From contig OZ242192.1 of NCBI GenBank assembly GCA_965205955.1, forward strand, positions 2,128,658 to 2,192,657: a stretch of 64,000 nt of DNA. The letters run 5' to 3'. This document shows positions 9,648 to 18,895 of this stretch, piece after piece (position 1 is the first letter of the stretch; each line of letters starts with the position of its first letter). The stretch comes from Gammaproteobacteria bacterium. Its GTDB lineage: Bacteria > Pseudomonadota > Gammaproteobacteria > Eutrophobiales > Eutrophobiaceae. The notes beneath the pieces were generated by a model. It worked only from the letters and a program-made list of their open reading frames with translations, was not told where the DNA came from and ran no database searches. The translations under genes and the position numbers were made by a program.

Positions 9648-11480
9648 CTAATCAAGAAAAGTCTTTAGCCGCTGTGAGCGTGAAGGATGACGCAGCTTTC
9701 TGAGCGCCTTCGCCTCGATTTGACGAATGCGTTCGCGGGTTACATCAAACTGCTTTCCCACTTCCTCCAAAGTATGATCGGTATTCATATCGATACCGAA
9801 ACGCATACGCAATACCTTGGCTTCCCTGGGGATCAAACCCGTAAGCGCTTTACGGGTAGTCTGGCCGAGTCCCTCGGAATTGGCCAGATCGCTTGGGGCC
9901 TTGGCATTCACATCCTCAATGAAATCACCCAAATGCGAATCCTCATCATCACCAATCGGTGTCTCAATGGAAATCGGTTCTTTGGCAATCTTGAGCACTT
10001 TATGCACTTTTTCCTCAGGCAGATCCATACGTTTCGCAAGCTCTTCCGGAGTAGGCTCCCGTCCCATTTCCTGCAACATTTTTCGTGAAATGCGATTCAG
10101 CTTGTTTATCGTTTCTATCATATGCACCGGAATACGTATAGTGCGCGCCTGATCGGCGATGGAACGGGTAATAGCCTGTCGAATCCACCAAGTAGCATAG
10201 GTGGAAAACTTGTATCCGCGCCGATATTCAAACTTGTCAACCGCCTTCATCAAACCGATATTTCCTTCCTGGATCAAATCCAGGAACAGCAGACCACGAT
10301 TGGTATATTTCTTGGCGATAGAAATCACCAGCCGCAAATTCGCCTCAACCATTTCTTTCTTGGCCCTGCCCGCCCTGGCTTCACCGATAGAAATTTCACG
10401 GTTAATCTCCTTGAGCTCCTGAGCCGATAAAGACATACCTTCAAGTATCCCTCGCATATTTTGCTGAATTTTAACAATCTTTTCTTCGCATTCGGCAAGT
10501 CCCTCCGCATAAGGAGGCCTGGCGGCGATTAATTGCCTGCACCATTCGAGATTACTTCCATTGCCTGTAAAACTGGCAATAAACTCCTTACGCGGCATTT
10601 TTGCTTCCTTCAAGCAGATATGCGTGATATCGCGCTCCATCGCCCGGATTTTCTCAACCACAAAACGAACATCCTTGGTCAGGTGAATAACAAACTTCGG
10701 CGCAAGACGCAATTCAAGAAACTTCTGCACCAACTCACGCTTACTTTTATCGATTCGTGCCTGCTGTTTTTCGCCGCGGCACTTAGCCGCCTCCGCATAT
10801 TTGGCGTGCAATTTCACAAGCTTCTTCACGTGGCGTTTGATTGCTTTGAGAGCGATCTTATGCTCAGACTTATCCTTGGCGCCATCATTACCGTCATGCT
10901 TGCCCTCTTTTCCGGAGTTACCCCGGCTTTCCGGCGCAAGACCCTTATCCGGATATTCCGTCATATCATTAAAACCGATAATGATATCAGCCAACTTGGC
11001 TTCTCCCGCCAAAACCCTTTCATACCCATAAAACAGGGTATCCAGCGTGCCGGGGAAGGCAACCAGAGCTGCCAGCATCTGTTGCAAGCCCTTTTCAATA
11101 CGCTTGGCGATCTTGATTTCACCTTCACGGGTCAACAAATCGACACTGCCCATCTCGCGCATGTACATGCGCACAGGATCAGTGGTTCGCCCAAACTCAT
11201 TTTCAAAATTGCTCAAGACCGCTGCAACGCCCTTACTCCGCGCATTCGCGCCGTCCGCCATTTTCGGGTCCAGAGCCAGCGGCGACTCACGCACACTGAT
11301 GCCAAAGCCGTCAATCACGTTAATGATGAATTCGACCTGCTCAGGATCGACAATATCGCTAGGCAGATGATCATTGATCTCGTCATAGGTCAGAAATCCC
11401 TGCTCCCTGCCCTTGGCAAGCAACAGTTTCAATTGTTTATCGTCTTGAAGAATTTGTTCGATTTGTTCAATAGTTTCCAC
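9648..11480 (-). CDS. rpoD: RNA polymerase sigma factor RpoD (sigma-70)
   Basis: 610 aa with an acidic region 1, region 2 ([27 protein letters not shown]) and region 4 ([25 protein letters not shown]). Confidence 0.95.
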   Translation of the reverse strand: METIEQIEQILQDDKQLKLLLAKGREQGFLTYDEINDHLPSDIVDPEQVEFIINVIDGFGISVRESPLALDPKMADGANARSKGVAAVLSNFENEFGRTTDPVRMYMREMGSVDLLTREGEIKIAKRIEKGLQQMLAALVAFPGTLDTLFYGYERVLAGEAKLADIIIGFNDMTEYPDKGLAPESRGNSGKEGKHDGNDGAKDKSEHKIALKAIKRHVKKLVKLHAKYAEAAKCRGEKQQARIDKSKRELVQKFLELRLAPKFVIHLTKDVRFVVEKIRAMERDITHICLKEAKMPRKEFIASFTGNGSNLEWCRQLIAARPPYAEGLAECEEKIVKIQQNMRGILEGMSLSAQELKEINREISIGEARAGRAKKEMVEANLRLVISIAKKYTNRGLLFLDLIQEGNIGLMKAVDKFEYRRGYKFSTYATWWIRQAITRSIADQARTIRIPVHMIETINKLNRISRKMLQEMGREPTPEELAKRMDLPEEKVHKVLKIAKEPISIETPIGDDEDSHLGDFIEDVNAKAPSDLANSEGLGQTTRKALTGLIPREAKVLRMRFGIDMNTDHTLEEVGKQFDVTRERIRQIEAKALRKLRHPSRSQRLKTFLD

Positions 11481-12144
11481 GGCTACATTGACTCATATAA
11501 GTTAAATTTCGGATTCATTCATTACGCCCAGTTGCTAGATAATCCCCATACCTTGATACCACCTCCCTGAACCAGCCCTCCAACAAGGCACTTATCCTAT
11601 TGCTCGTTAAATCCGGCGGCGCGCAATTCATCAGCAATTTGAAGCGTATCCAGCATATCGCTATTTTACGCCAATTTCATCGGCAATTGCATCCGCATCC
11701 TTTTTCTTTGTCCGCGCCGATGCAGTTCCATTTTCCGCCGCTTTGCCGATGCCTTTCACGCGCCTGCGGACTCGGCCACGGACAATAATCGCCCGACGGC
11801 AAAACCGCCCTTTTGCCGATTAAATTCGCCGACGAATTCGGACGATGATTTTTCGCCTTCGCCATCTTTCCGGTGCCGATGCCCAGATTCGAACTGGGAC
11901 GGGTCGCCCCACTGCCCCCTCAAGTAGATATTAAATAACAACTGACTTCTCTATTGTAGCATATGAATACAAATAATGCCAGAAGTTTTATTAAAGCTTT
12001 AGCACGGCACAACACAGTGAAAGGACGCCGAAGGCCGGATTGGAGAGCCTGAACGCGCATCCGTGCCGGCACAACCTCTTGACATGCACATTCAGCAACA
12101 AGATAATCCCGACTTGTCTTATCCTGTTTATTCATCTGGTTCCA

Positions 12145-12221
12145 GGCTATGTAGCTCAGTCGGTTAGAGCACGGCACTCATAACGCCGAGGTCGGTGGTT
12201 CGAGCCCACCCATAGCCACCA
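12145..12221 (+). tRNA. elongator tRNA-Met (CAU)
   Basis: The 77-nt cloverleaf is GGCTATG-TA-GCTCAGTCGGTTAGAGC-A-CGGCA-CTCATAA-CGCCG-AGGTC-GGTGG-TTCGAGC-CCACC-CATAGCC-A-CCA. G1-C72 is paired, so it is not an initiator. It is very close to E. coli metT as I remember it. Confidence 0.9.
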
Positions 12222-12280
12222 ATGCAATGAGGGTAGGGAATTCGGCAATTACACGCGCAGTTTGCGTGAATCGATGAGGA

Positions 12281-12340
12281 CGACAGGATTTGACAGGCAC
12301 ACTGACGTGAATTGTCACCTTGCTACCTATAACTTGTCAC
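12281..12340 (+). promoter_or_regulatory. possible PilR-type enhancer (clustered TGTC / GACA motifs) upstream of the pilin sigma-54 promoter
   Basis: CGACAG (12281), TGACAG (12291) and TGTCAC (12313 and 12335) lie about 130-185 bp upstream of the -24/-12 element. From memory, P. aeruginosa PilR binds tandem (C/G)TGTC motifs upstream of pilA. Confidence 0.3.
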
Positions 12341-12465
12341 AAATGCTGTGGTTTTAGTCATACCGCAGAAACAATGATAAAAACCCAGTTATTACAAGCA
12401 TTTACAGGATATACACCGTCACCGTAACGGATAAAAACCGAGATATGGCGCACAGTTTTCCAGGA

Positions 12466-12481
12466 TGGCACGATATATGCA
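12466..12481 (+). promoter_or_regulatory. sigma-54 (-24/-12) promoter for pilA1
   Basis: TGGCACGATATATGCA matches TGGCAC-N5-TTGCA at all positions but one. It lies about 100 nt upstream of the pilA1 ATG. RpoN-dependent pilin promoters are established in Pseudomonas and relatives. Confidence 0.6.
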
Positions 12482-12578
12482 TAGTATACAGGCAGTAGTA
12501 TTGCTTTTTATCCGGATTGCAGGTATCATCCGGAAAACAGCAGTTAATTTTTTAACACTAATCAGGAGAATTGAAACG

Positions 12579-13034
12579 ATGAACAAGAAAACACAACAAG
12601 GCTTCACGCTGATCGAGTTGATGATCGTGGTAGCCATTATCGGCATTCTGGCGGCGGTCGCCATCCCTTCTTATCAGGATTACACCGCCCGCGCCCAGGT
12701 TTCCGAAGCTGTCAACCTGAATGCCGGCCTCAAGACACCTTTTTCCGAATATTTTCTGGATAAGGGTGTGTGGCCAATTATCACCAAACTTGGTGCCCAA
12801 ACCAAAGGTAAATATGTTAAGGACATCACGGCCGACAACGAGGGCAAAAATTCAAACAAGATAAATATATTCGCAACAATGAAAAGTGCTGGCGTAAATA
12901 AGGGCGTCCAGAGCAAAACAATGATTCTTCAAGGTGAGGTAAACACCACCATCGGAACGATTGACTGGACGTGTGATAAGGCAGTGACTAAGGCGACCCT
13001 TGACGAAAAATACCTCCCCGGCGCTTGCAAATAA
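12579..13034 (+). CDS. pilA: type IVa major pilin (PilA family), copy 1
   Basis: Class III signal [52 protein letters not shown] at 12564-12569. C-terminal disulfide-loop Cys pair (WTCDK...LPGACK). The tracked ORF start at 12465 is a spurious upstream extension. Confidence 0.9.
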   Translation: MNKKTQQGFTLIELMIVVAIIGILAAVAIPSYQDYTARAQVSEAVNLNAGLKTPFSEYFLDKGVWPIITKLGAQTKGKYVKDITADNEGKNSNKINIFATMKSAGVNKGVQSKTMILQGEVNTTIGTIDWTCDKAVTKATLDEKYLPGACK

Positions 13035-13046
13035 GGCCGTTATCCG

Positions 13047-13077
13047 AAAAGGCCGCCTTGTGTAACGGCGGCCTTTT
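13047..13077 (+). terminator. rho-independent terminator after pilA1
   Basis: The GC-rich hairpin AAAAGGCCGCC-ttgtgtaac-GGCGGCCTTTT begins about 13 nt after the stop codon. Confidence 0.6.
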
Positions 13078-13106
13078 CACCCCTGTCCCGGACTATTCAT
13101 GATGAT

Positions 13107-13321
13107 TCAACCGGCACAAAAAACCACCAACCTTTAGTATTTTCAGCAGAGCGGTGCGCCCCAATAACCTGGCCACGTATATTTTATACACAAAGCGACC
13201 ACCCTGTTCCCCATTGTTCTCCAATGCAATCGAGTCAGACAGAGCTATTCGGCGTTCACGCCCTATATAGACTTCCCCCGCAGGATTTTTCTTCAGGTGG
13301 TTTGCCTGCCGATTCTGCCGG
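13107..13321 (-). pseudogene. decayed 3' remnant of a tenth GT-C paralog
   Basis: On the minus strand this segment aligns with the last ~215 nt of the array genes. For example, cagcagagcggtgcgccccaataacctgg matches cggcagagcgatgcgcccacaataatctgg, and it translates ...GAHRSAEN...FF like ...WEHRSAENN..SAFF. It continues upstream to the atagacttcccccgcagga / gtggtttgcctgccgattctgccgg blocks. The frame is broken by stops. Confidence 0.6.
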
Positions 13322-13390
13322 ATACAGAAGGGAATCGGGCAACCAGAGGATCATTTTTCCAAACACAAGAGTACAGGGAGGAAGGCAAAT

Positions 13391-13852
13391 ATGAACAGGA
13401 GAACCCAACCAGGCTTCACGTTGACCGAGTTGATGATCGTGGTGGCCATTATCGGCATTCTGGCGGCGATCGCCATTCCCTCTTATCAGGATTACGTCGC
13501 CCGCGCCCAGGTTTCCGAGGCCGTCACCCTGGCATCCGCCTTAAGGGCGCCTGTAACCGAATATTATCTGGATCATGGGTATTGGCCGACGCGTGTGGGG
13601 CCGGGGTCGGAGAAGGGAGCGATCAGCGGCACAATAAAGGGTAAACACGTTGCCATTATCGCCTATCTCGCTTCTGGCACTACGGTACTACTGAGGGGAT
13701 TAATGAAATCGACCGGGGTAAATGCCAACATCCGGAGCAAAACAGTGGATATTCAGGGTACAGCACTACCGGACGGCAGGATTGAATGGGTGTGTAAGGC
13801 GGTCCCGCCCCACGGGGTTGACGAAAAATACTTGCCCGGCGCTTGTAAATAA
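13391..13852 (+). CDS. pilA: type IVa major pilin (PilA family), copy 2
   Basis: [56 protein letters not shown]. Shares the C-terminal ...EKYLPGACK and the post-stop sequence (taag.cc.ttatccgaaa) with copy 1, while the central and C-terminal globular part is divergent. Confidence 0.9.
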   Translation: MNRRTQPGFTLTELMIVVAIIGILAAIAIPSYQDYVARAQVSEAVTLASALRAPVTEYYLDHGYWPTRVGPGSEKGAISGTIKGKHVAIIAYLASGTTVLLRGLMKSTGVNANIRSKTVDIQGTALPDGRIEWVCKAVPPHGVDEKYLPGACK

Positions 13853-13902
13853 GCCCTTATCCGAAACTGTCTTGCCTCAGGGCGTGTCCTCGGCATGACG
13901 AT

Positions 13903-15510
13903 TCAATCGCTACTCTCGAAAAAAGCCGATATTTGTTGATTATCCTCGGCAGAGCGATGCGCCCACAATAATCTGGTGCGGTAGCGCTCGCGTATATATT
14001 CATAAATATACCAACTGTTTATATACTTTTTGTCTTTCCTGGCTCTTCTCGGATGCAAGCGGGTCAGATAGATATAATTGACCTCGGGATGGCGCTCCAC
14101 ATAGAGTTCTCCGGCGGGACCTTTTTTAAAAGTGATTTCTCTGCAGATCCTATCGGCCAGCAAGACTATATAGGCCGGTTCAAAACACAGGATTACCGCA
14201 TCCGGGGCAGTGGTTTTCCGCATGCGTTGCATTTCCAGGATCATGGCCAATTTCGTTGCCGCTAATTGTCTCGCCTGCTCCAGGTCGTAGGTGTCATAAA
14301 ATTCCTTAATTTGATGATAACCCGATTCTTTTCCGGTCTGGTATCTGTTCCACGTGTAGGACAGCGCGGGTAGCACGGTGGTGAGTACCAGAAGCATCGC
14401 AATGGAAACCGCAACGCCGCCGCGCTTCAATTCCATTCTCCGAGCGCAAACATACAGGGAATAAAAACCATACATGATCAACAGGCATAGAATGGGATAG
14501 ATAAAACGCCCCATATGCCCCGGATAGGGCCACAGGAACAGCACAAGCAAATACAGCAAAACATAGATTGCGTCCAATTTTCCCTGTCCGACCCGAATGC
14601 ACAGACCCAGCAGGGAAAACAGGCCGGCAAGTAGAAGTATCGATTGGGCCGGGAGGGTCTGATCGGTCCAGTAATACAGCAGCCCGCCCAGCCAATTATC
14701 ATGGAAGGCCGCCAATTGCTCTTTTAGATCCCAACTGACCCTGATTTTTTCCGTCTCCGAACCGAGCAGGCCGCCGATTTGATCGATATACACCGAGGGA
14801 ACAACTGTGTTATGTGCCCACCAGGATGCCGCAATAACCGCCAATGAAAAAAATACCGGGATGACAAAATACGGCCCATCGAGACTGCCCCGTCTCCATT
14901 TTACGATGCAGATAACGATAAATGCCGCCAGCATTGCGACCCCGATCGTTCTTGTCAGCACTAGCAGGGCCAGCAGCAGGCCGAAAATGAATAGATTGGT
15001 TTTTCTGGAAAGATCGGCTTTATCAAAAAAAATCAACGTGGCCAGGCTGAGAAATAAATAAAGGGGTTCACTGAGGATCCCCATGGAATTCAGCCAGGCG
15101 GACGGGCTGAGGCAAAATATGAATACAATCAGCAGGGCCTGGTGATTTGCGGCAAACATACTGCGGGCAAAGATAAATATAAGAGGAATAGCCAGCAGTA
15201 AAAAAAGTGCGGTTAGCACGTGCGCCAGGGTGTAATCGTAGGCCGCACCCAGGATGGCCAGGATAAACGGGAAAAAGGGCGGAAAATCCTGACTTGGCCA
15301 GGCGGCAACAACCGCCGGACTGGCTTCATGCCAGGGGGATAAATAGCGCGCCATCAGCAAATAATTTACGCTATCACTAAAAAAGGATGCGAGTCCGGCG
15401 TGTGCGACAAAGGGAATGAGAAATGCCGCATAAATGCCGGCAAAGACAAACAGTGCCGCATAAGAGAGCAGATCGTTGCGGGAATGGGAAAAAATGAACG
15501 TACTGGCCAA
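13903..15510 (-). CDS. putative GT-C-fold (ArnT/PMT_2-like) polytopic membrane glycosyltransferase, paralog 1
   Basis: 535 aa with about 11 predicted TM helices. The first extracytoplasmic loop carries the conserved FFSDSVNYLLMARYLSPW (Asp-containing, ArnT/PMT-like). There is an LVLTRTIGVAML motif and a C-terminal soluble tail of about 130 aa with a unique sequence (...KDKKYINSWYIYEYIRERYRTRLLWAHRSAEDNQQISAFFESSD). TTG start with no SD. Confidence 0.7.
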   Translation of the reverse strand: MASTFIFSHSRNDLLSYAALFVFAGIYAAFLIPFVAHAGLASFFSDSVNYLLMARYLSPWHEASPAVVAAWPSQDFPPFFPFILAILGAAYDYTLAHVLTALFLLLAIPLIFIFARSMFAANHQALLIVFIFCLSPSAWLNSMGILSEPLYLFLSLATLIFFDKADLSRKTNLFIFGLLLALLVLTRTIGVAMLAAFIVICIVKWRRGSLDGPYFVIPVFFSLAVIAASWWAHNTVVPSVYIDQIGGLLGSETEKIRVSWDLKEQLAAFHDNWLGGLLYYWTDQTLPAQSILLLAGLFSLLGLCIRVGQGKLDAIYVLLYLLVLFLWPYPGHMGRFIYPILCLLIMYGFYSLYVCARRMELKRGGVAVSIAMLLVLTTVLPALSYTWNRYQTGKESGYHQIKEFYDTYDLEQARQLAATKLAMILEMQRMRKTTAPDAVILCFEPAYIVLLADRICREITFKKGPAGELYVERHPEVNYIYLTRLHPRRARKDKKYINSWYIYEYIRERYRTRLLWAHRSAEDNQQISAFFESSD

Positions 15511-15596
15511 GGGAAATTCGTATTTATATCCGGCTACTATGGCAATCTAGTTTACTCTGAAGACGCCGTATTTCAAAATGCAATGCAGAAATAAAC

Positions 15597-17207
15597 TCAA
15601 TCGCTAATCTTGAAAAAAGCGGAGAGTAGTTCATTGTTTTCGGCAGAGCGATGCTCCCACAATAATCTGGCTTGGTCGGGTATATATTTACGAAGATACA
15701 AGCCGTTTACATCTATAATATCCGAGTCTTCATGGACTCTTCCCGGATGCGATCTGAACAGATAGATATAATCAACCTCGGGATCGTGCTCCATATATAG
15801 TTCTCCGGCGGGATCTCTGTTAAAAGTGATTTTATCCCGGGCGATTCTATCAGCCAGCAACGGGATATAGATCAGGTGAGAAGACAGGATCACCGCATCC
15901 GGGGCAGTGGTTTTTCGCATGCGCTCCATTTCCAGGCTCATGGCCAATTTCGTTGCCGCTAATTGTCTCGCCTGCTTCAGGTCGTAGGTGTCATAAAATT
16001 CCTTAATTTGATGATAGCCCGATTCTTTTCCGGTCTGGTATCTGTGCCACGTGTAGGACAGCGTCGGCAACACGGTGGTGAGTACCAGAACCATCGCAAT
16101 GGAAACCGCAACGCCGCCGCGCTTCAATTCCATTCTCCGAGTGCAAACATACAGGAAATAAAAACTATACATGATCAACAGGCATAGAATGGGATAGATA
16201 AAACGCCCTATATACTCCGGATAGGGCCATAGGAACAGCACAAGCAAATACAGCAACACATAGATTGCGTTCAATTTTCCCTGTCCGACCCGAATGCACA
16301 GACCCAGCAGGGAAAACAGGCCGGCAAGTAGAATGATCGATTGGGCCGGGAGGGTCTGATCGGTCCAGTAATACAGCAGCCCGCCCAGCCAATTATCATG
16401 GAAGGCCGCCAATTGCTCTTTTAGATCCCAGCTAACCCTGATTTTTTCCGTCTCCGAACCGAGCAGGCCGCCGATTTGATCGATATACACCGAGGGAACA
16501 ACCGTGTTATGTGCCCACCAGGATGCCGCAATAACCGCCAATGAAAAAAATACCGGGATGACAAAATACGGCCCATCGAGACTGCCCCGCCTCCATTTTA
16601 CGATGCAGATAACGATAAATGCCGCCAGCATTGCGACCCCGATCGTTCTTGTCAGCACCAGCAGGGCCAGCAGCAGGCCGAAAATGAATAGATTGGCTTT
16701 TCTGGAAAGATCGGATTTATCAAAAAAAATCAACGTGGCCAGGCTGAGAAATAAATAAAGGGGTTCACTGAGGATCCCCATGGAATTCAGCCAGGCAGAC
16801 GGGCTGAGACAAAATATGAATACAATCAGCAGGGCCTGGTGATTTGCGGCAAACATACTGCGGGCAAAGATAAATATAAGAGGGATGGACAGCAGTAAAA
16901 AAAGTGCGGTTAGCACGTGCGCCAGGGTGTAATCGTAGGCCGCACCCAGGATGGCCAGGATAAACGGGAAAAAGGGCGGAAAATCCTGCCTTGGCCAGGC
17001 GGCAACAACCGCCGGACTGGCTTCATGCCAAGGTGATAAATAGCGCGCCATAAGCAAATAATGTGCGCTGTCACTAAAAAAGGATACGAGTCCGGCGTGT
17101 GCGACAAATGGAATGAGAAATGCCGCATAAATGCCGGCAAAGACAAACAGTGCCGCATAAGAGAGCAGATCGTTGCGGGAAGGGGAAGAAATGAAAGTAC
17201 TGGCCAA
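15597..17207 (-). CDS. putative GT-C-fold membrane glycosyltransferase, paralog 2
   Basis: 536 aa intact ORF with the same architecture. C-terminal class ...GRVHEDSDIIDVNGL.LRKYIPDQARLLWEHRSAENNELLSAFFKISD. TTG start. Confidence 0.7.
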   Translation of the reverse strand: MASTFISSPSRNDLLSYAALFVFAGIYAAFLIPFVAHAGLVSFFSDSAHYLLMARYLSPWHEASPAVVAAWPRQDFPPFFPFILAILGAAYDYTLAHVLTALFLLLSIPLIFIFARSMFAANHQALLIVFIFCLSPSAWLNSMGILSEPLYLFLSLATLIFFDKSDLSRKANLFIFGLLLALLVLTRTIGVAMLAAFIVICIVKWRRGSLDGPYFVIPVFFSLAVIAASWWAHNTVVPSVYIDQIGGLLGSETEKIRVSWDLKEQLAAFHDNWLGGLLYYWTDQTLPAQSIILLAGLFSLLGLCIRVGQGKLNAIYVLLYLLVLFLWPYPEYIGRFIYPILCLLIMYSFYFLYVCTRRMELKRGGVAVSIAMVLVLTTVLPTLSYTWHRYQTGKESGYHQIKEFYDTYDLKQARQLAATKLAMSLEMERMRKTTAPDAVILSSHLIYIPLLADRIARDKITFNRDPAGELYMEHDPEVDYIYLFRSHPGRVHEDSDIIDVNGLYLRKYIPDQARLLWEHRSAENNELLSAFFKISD

Positions 17208-17284
17208 GGGAAATTCGTATTTATATTCGGCAATCTAGTTCAATCTGAAGACGCCGTATTTCAAAATGCAATGCAGAAATAAAC

Positions 17285-18895
17285 TCAATCGCTAATCTTG
17301 AAAAAAGCGGATAGTAGTTCATTGTTTTCGGCAGAGCGATGCTCCCACAATAACCTGGCTTGGTCGGGTATATATTTACGCAGAAGCAAGCCGTTTACAT
17401 TTATAATATCCGAGTCTTCATGGACTCTTCCCGGATGCGGTCTGACCAGATAGATATAATCAACCTCGGGATCGTGCTCCATATATAGTTCTCCGGCGGG
17501 ATCTCTGTCAAAAGCGATTTTATCCCGGGCGATTCTATCAGCCAGCAGCGGGATATAGTTCAGGTGAGAAGACAGGATCACCGCATCCGGGGCAGTGGTT
17601 TTTCGCATGCGCTCCATTTCCAGGCTCATGGCCAAATTCATTGCCGCCAATTGTGCCGCCTGCTTCAGGTCGTGGATGTCATAAAATTCCTTAATTTGAT
17701 GATAGCCCGATTCTTTTCCGGTCTGGTATCTGTGCCACGTGTAGGACAGCGTCGGCAACACGGTGGTGAGTACCAGAACCATCGCAATGGAAACCGCAAC
17801 GCCGCCGCGCTTCAATTCCATTCTCCGAGTGCAAACATACAGGAAATAAAAACTATACATGATCAACAGGCATAGAATGGGATAGATAAAACGCCCCATA
17901 TGCCCCGGATAGGGCCACAGGAACAGCACAAGCAAATACAGCAGCACATAGATTGCGTCCAGTTTTCCCTGTCCGACCCGAATGCACAGACCCAGCAGGG
18001 AAAACAGGCCGGCAAGTAGAAGTATCGATTGGGCCGGGAGGGTCTGATCGGTCCAGTAATACAGCAGCCCGCCCAGCCAATTATCATAGAAGGCCGCCAA
18101 TTGCTCTTTTAGATCCCAGCTAACCCTGATTTTTTCCGTCTCCGAACCGAGCAGGCCACCGATTTGATCGATATAATGAGCCGCAAAAACCGTGCCATGC
18201 GCCCACCAGGATGCCGTCATAACCGCCAATGAAAAAAATACCGGGATGACAAAATACGGCCTATCGAGACTGCCCCGCCTCCATTTTACGATGCAGATAA
18301 CGATAAATGCCGCCAGCATTGCGACCCCGATCGTTCTTGTCAGCACCAGCAGGGCCAGCAGCAGGCCGAAAATGAATAGATTGGGTTTTCTGGAAAGATC
18401 GGCTTTATCAAAAAAAATCAACGTGGCCAGGCTGAGAAATAAATAAAGGGGTTCACTGAGGATCCCCATGGAATTCAGCCAGGCAGACGGGCTGAGACAA
18501 AATATGAATACGATCAGCAAAGCCTGGTGATTTGCGGCAAACATACTGCGGGCAAAGATAAATATAAGAGGAATAGCCAGCAGTAAAAAAAGGGCGGTTA
18601 GCACGTGCGCCAGGGTGTAATCGTAGGCCGCACCCAGGATGGCCAGGATAAACGGGAAAAAGGGCGGAAAATCCTGCCTTGGCCAGGCGGCAACAACCGC
18701 CGGGCTGGCTTCATGCCAGGGTGACAAATAGCGCGCCATAAGCAAATAATGTACGCTATCACTAAAAAAGGATGCGAGTCCGGCGTGTGCGACAAAGGGA
18801 ATGAGAAATGCCGCATACATGCCGGCAAAGACAAACAGTGCCGCATAAGAGAGCAGATCGTTGCGGGAATGGGAAGAAATGAAAGTACTGGCCAA
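17285..18895 (-). CDS. putative GT-C-fold membrane glycosyltransferase, paralog 3
   Basis: 536 aa intact ORF. C-terminus is the same class as paralogs 2 and 8. The mid-loop variant is WWAHGTVFAAHYIDQIGG. Confidence 0.7.
   Translation of the reverse strand: MASTFISSHSRNDLLSYAALFVFAGMYAAFLIPFVAHAGLASFFSDSVHYLLMARYLSPWHEASPAVVAAWPRQDFPPFFPFILAILGAAYDYTLAHVLTALFLLLAIPLIFIFARSMFAANHQALLIVFIFCLSPSAWLNSMGILSEPLYLFLSLATLIFFDKADLSRKPNLFIFGLLLALLVLTRTIGVAMLAAFIVICIVKWRRGSLDRPYFVIPVFFSLAVMTASWWAHGTVFAAHYIDQIGGLLGSETEKIRVSWDLKEQLAAFYDNWLGGLLYYWTDQTLPAQSILLLAGLFSLLGLCIRVGQGKLDAIYVLLYLLVLFLWPYPGHMGRFIYPILCLLIMYSFYFLYVCTRRMELKRGGVAVSIAMVLVLTTVLPTLSYTWHRYQTGKESGYHQIKEFYDIHDLKQAAQLAAMNLAMSLEMERMRKTTAPDAVILSSHLNYIPLLADRIARDKIAFDRDPAGELYMEHDPEVDYIYLVRPHPGRVHEDSDIINVNGLLLRKYIPDQARLLWEHRSAENNELLSAFFKISD

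Noticed and set aside
12465-12578. An upstream extension of pilA1 to a 189-aa ORF.
   Set aside because: Type IV prepilins need the short basic leader directly before G/FTLIEL. ATG 12579 has a good AGGAGA RBS, and the extension would run through the sigma-54 promoter.
13297-13644. A 115-aa ORF overlapping the pilA2 start in another frame. I also considered a second sigma-54 promoter at about 13297-13320 (TGGTTTGCCTGCC).
   Set aside because: The ORF is out of frame with the obvious prepilin and is Arg/Gly-rich. The putative -24/-12 spacing does not fit TGGCAC-N5-TTGC, and this sequence is better explained as part of the GT-C pseudogene remnant.
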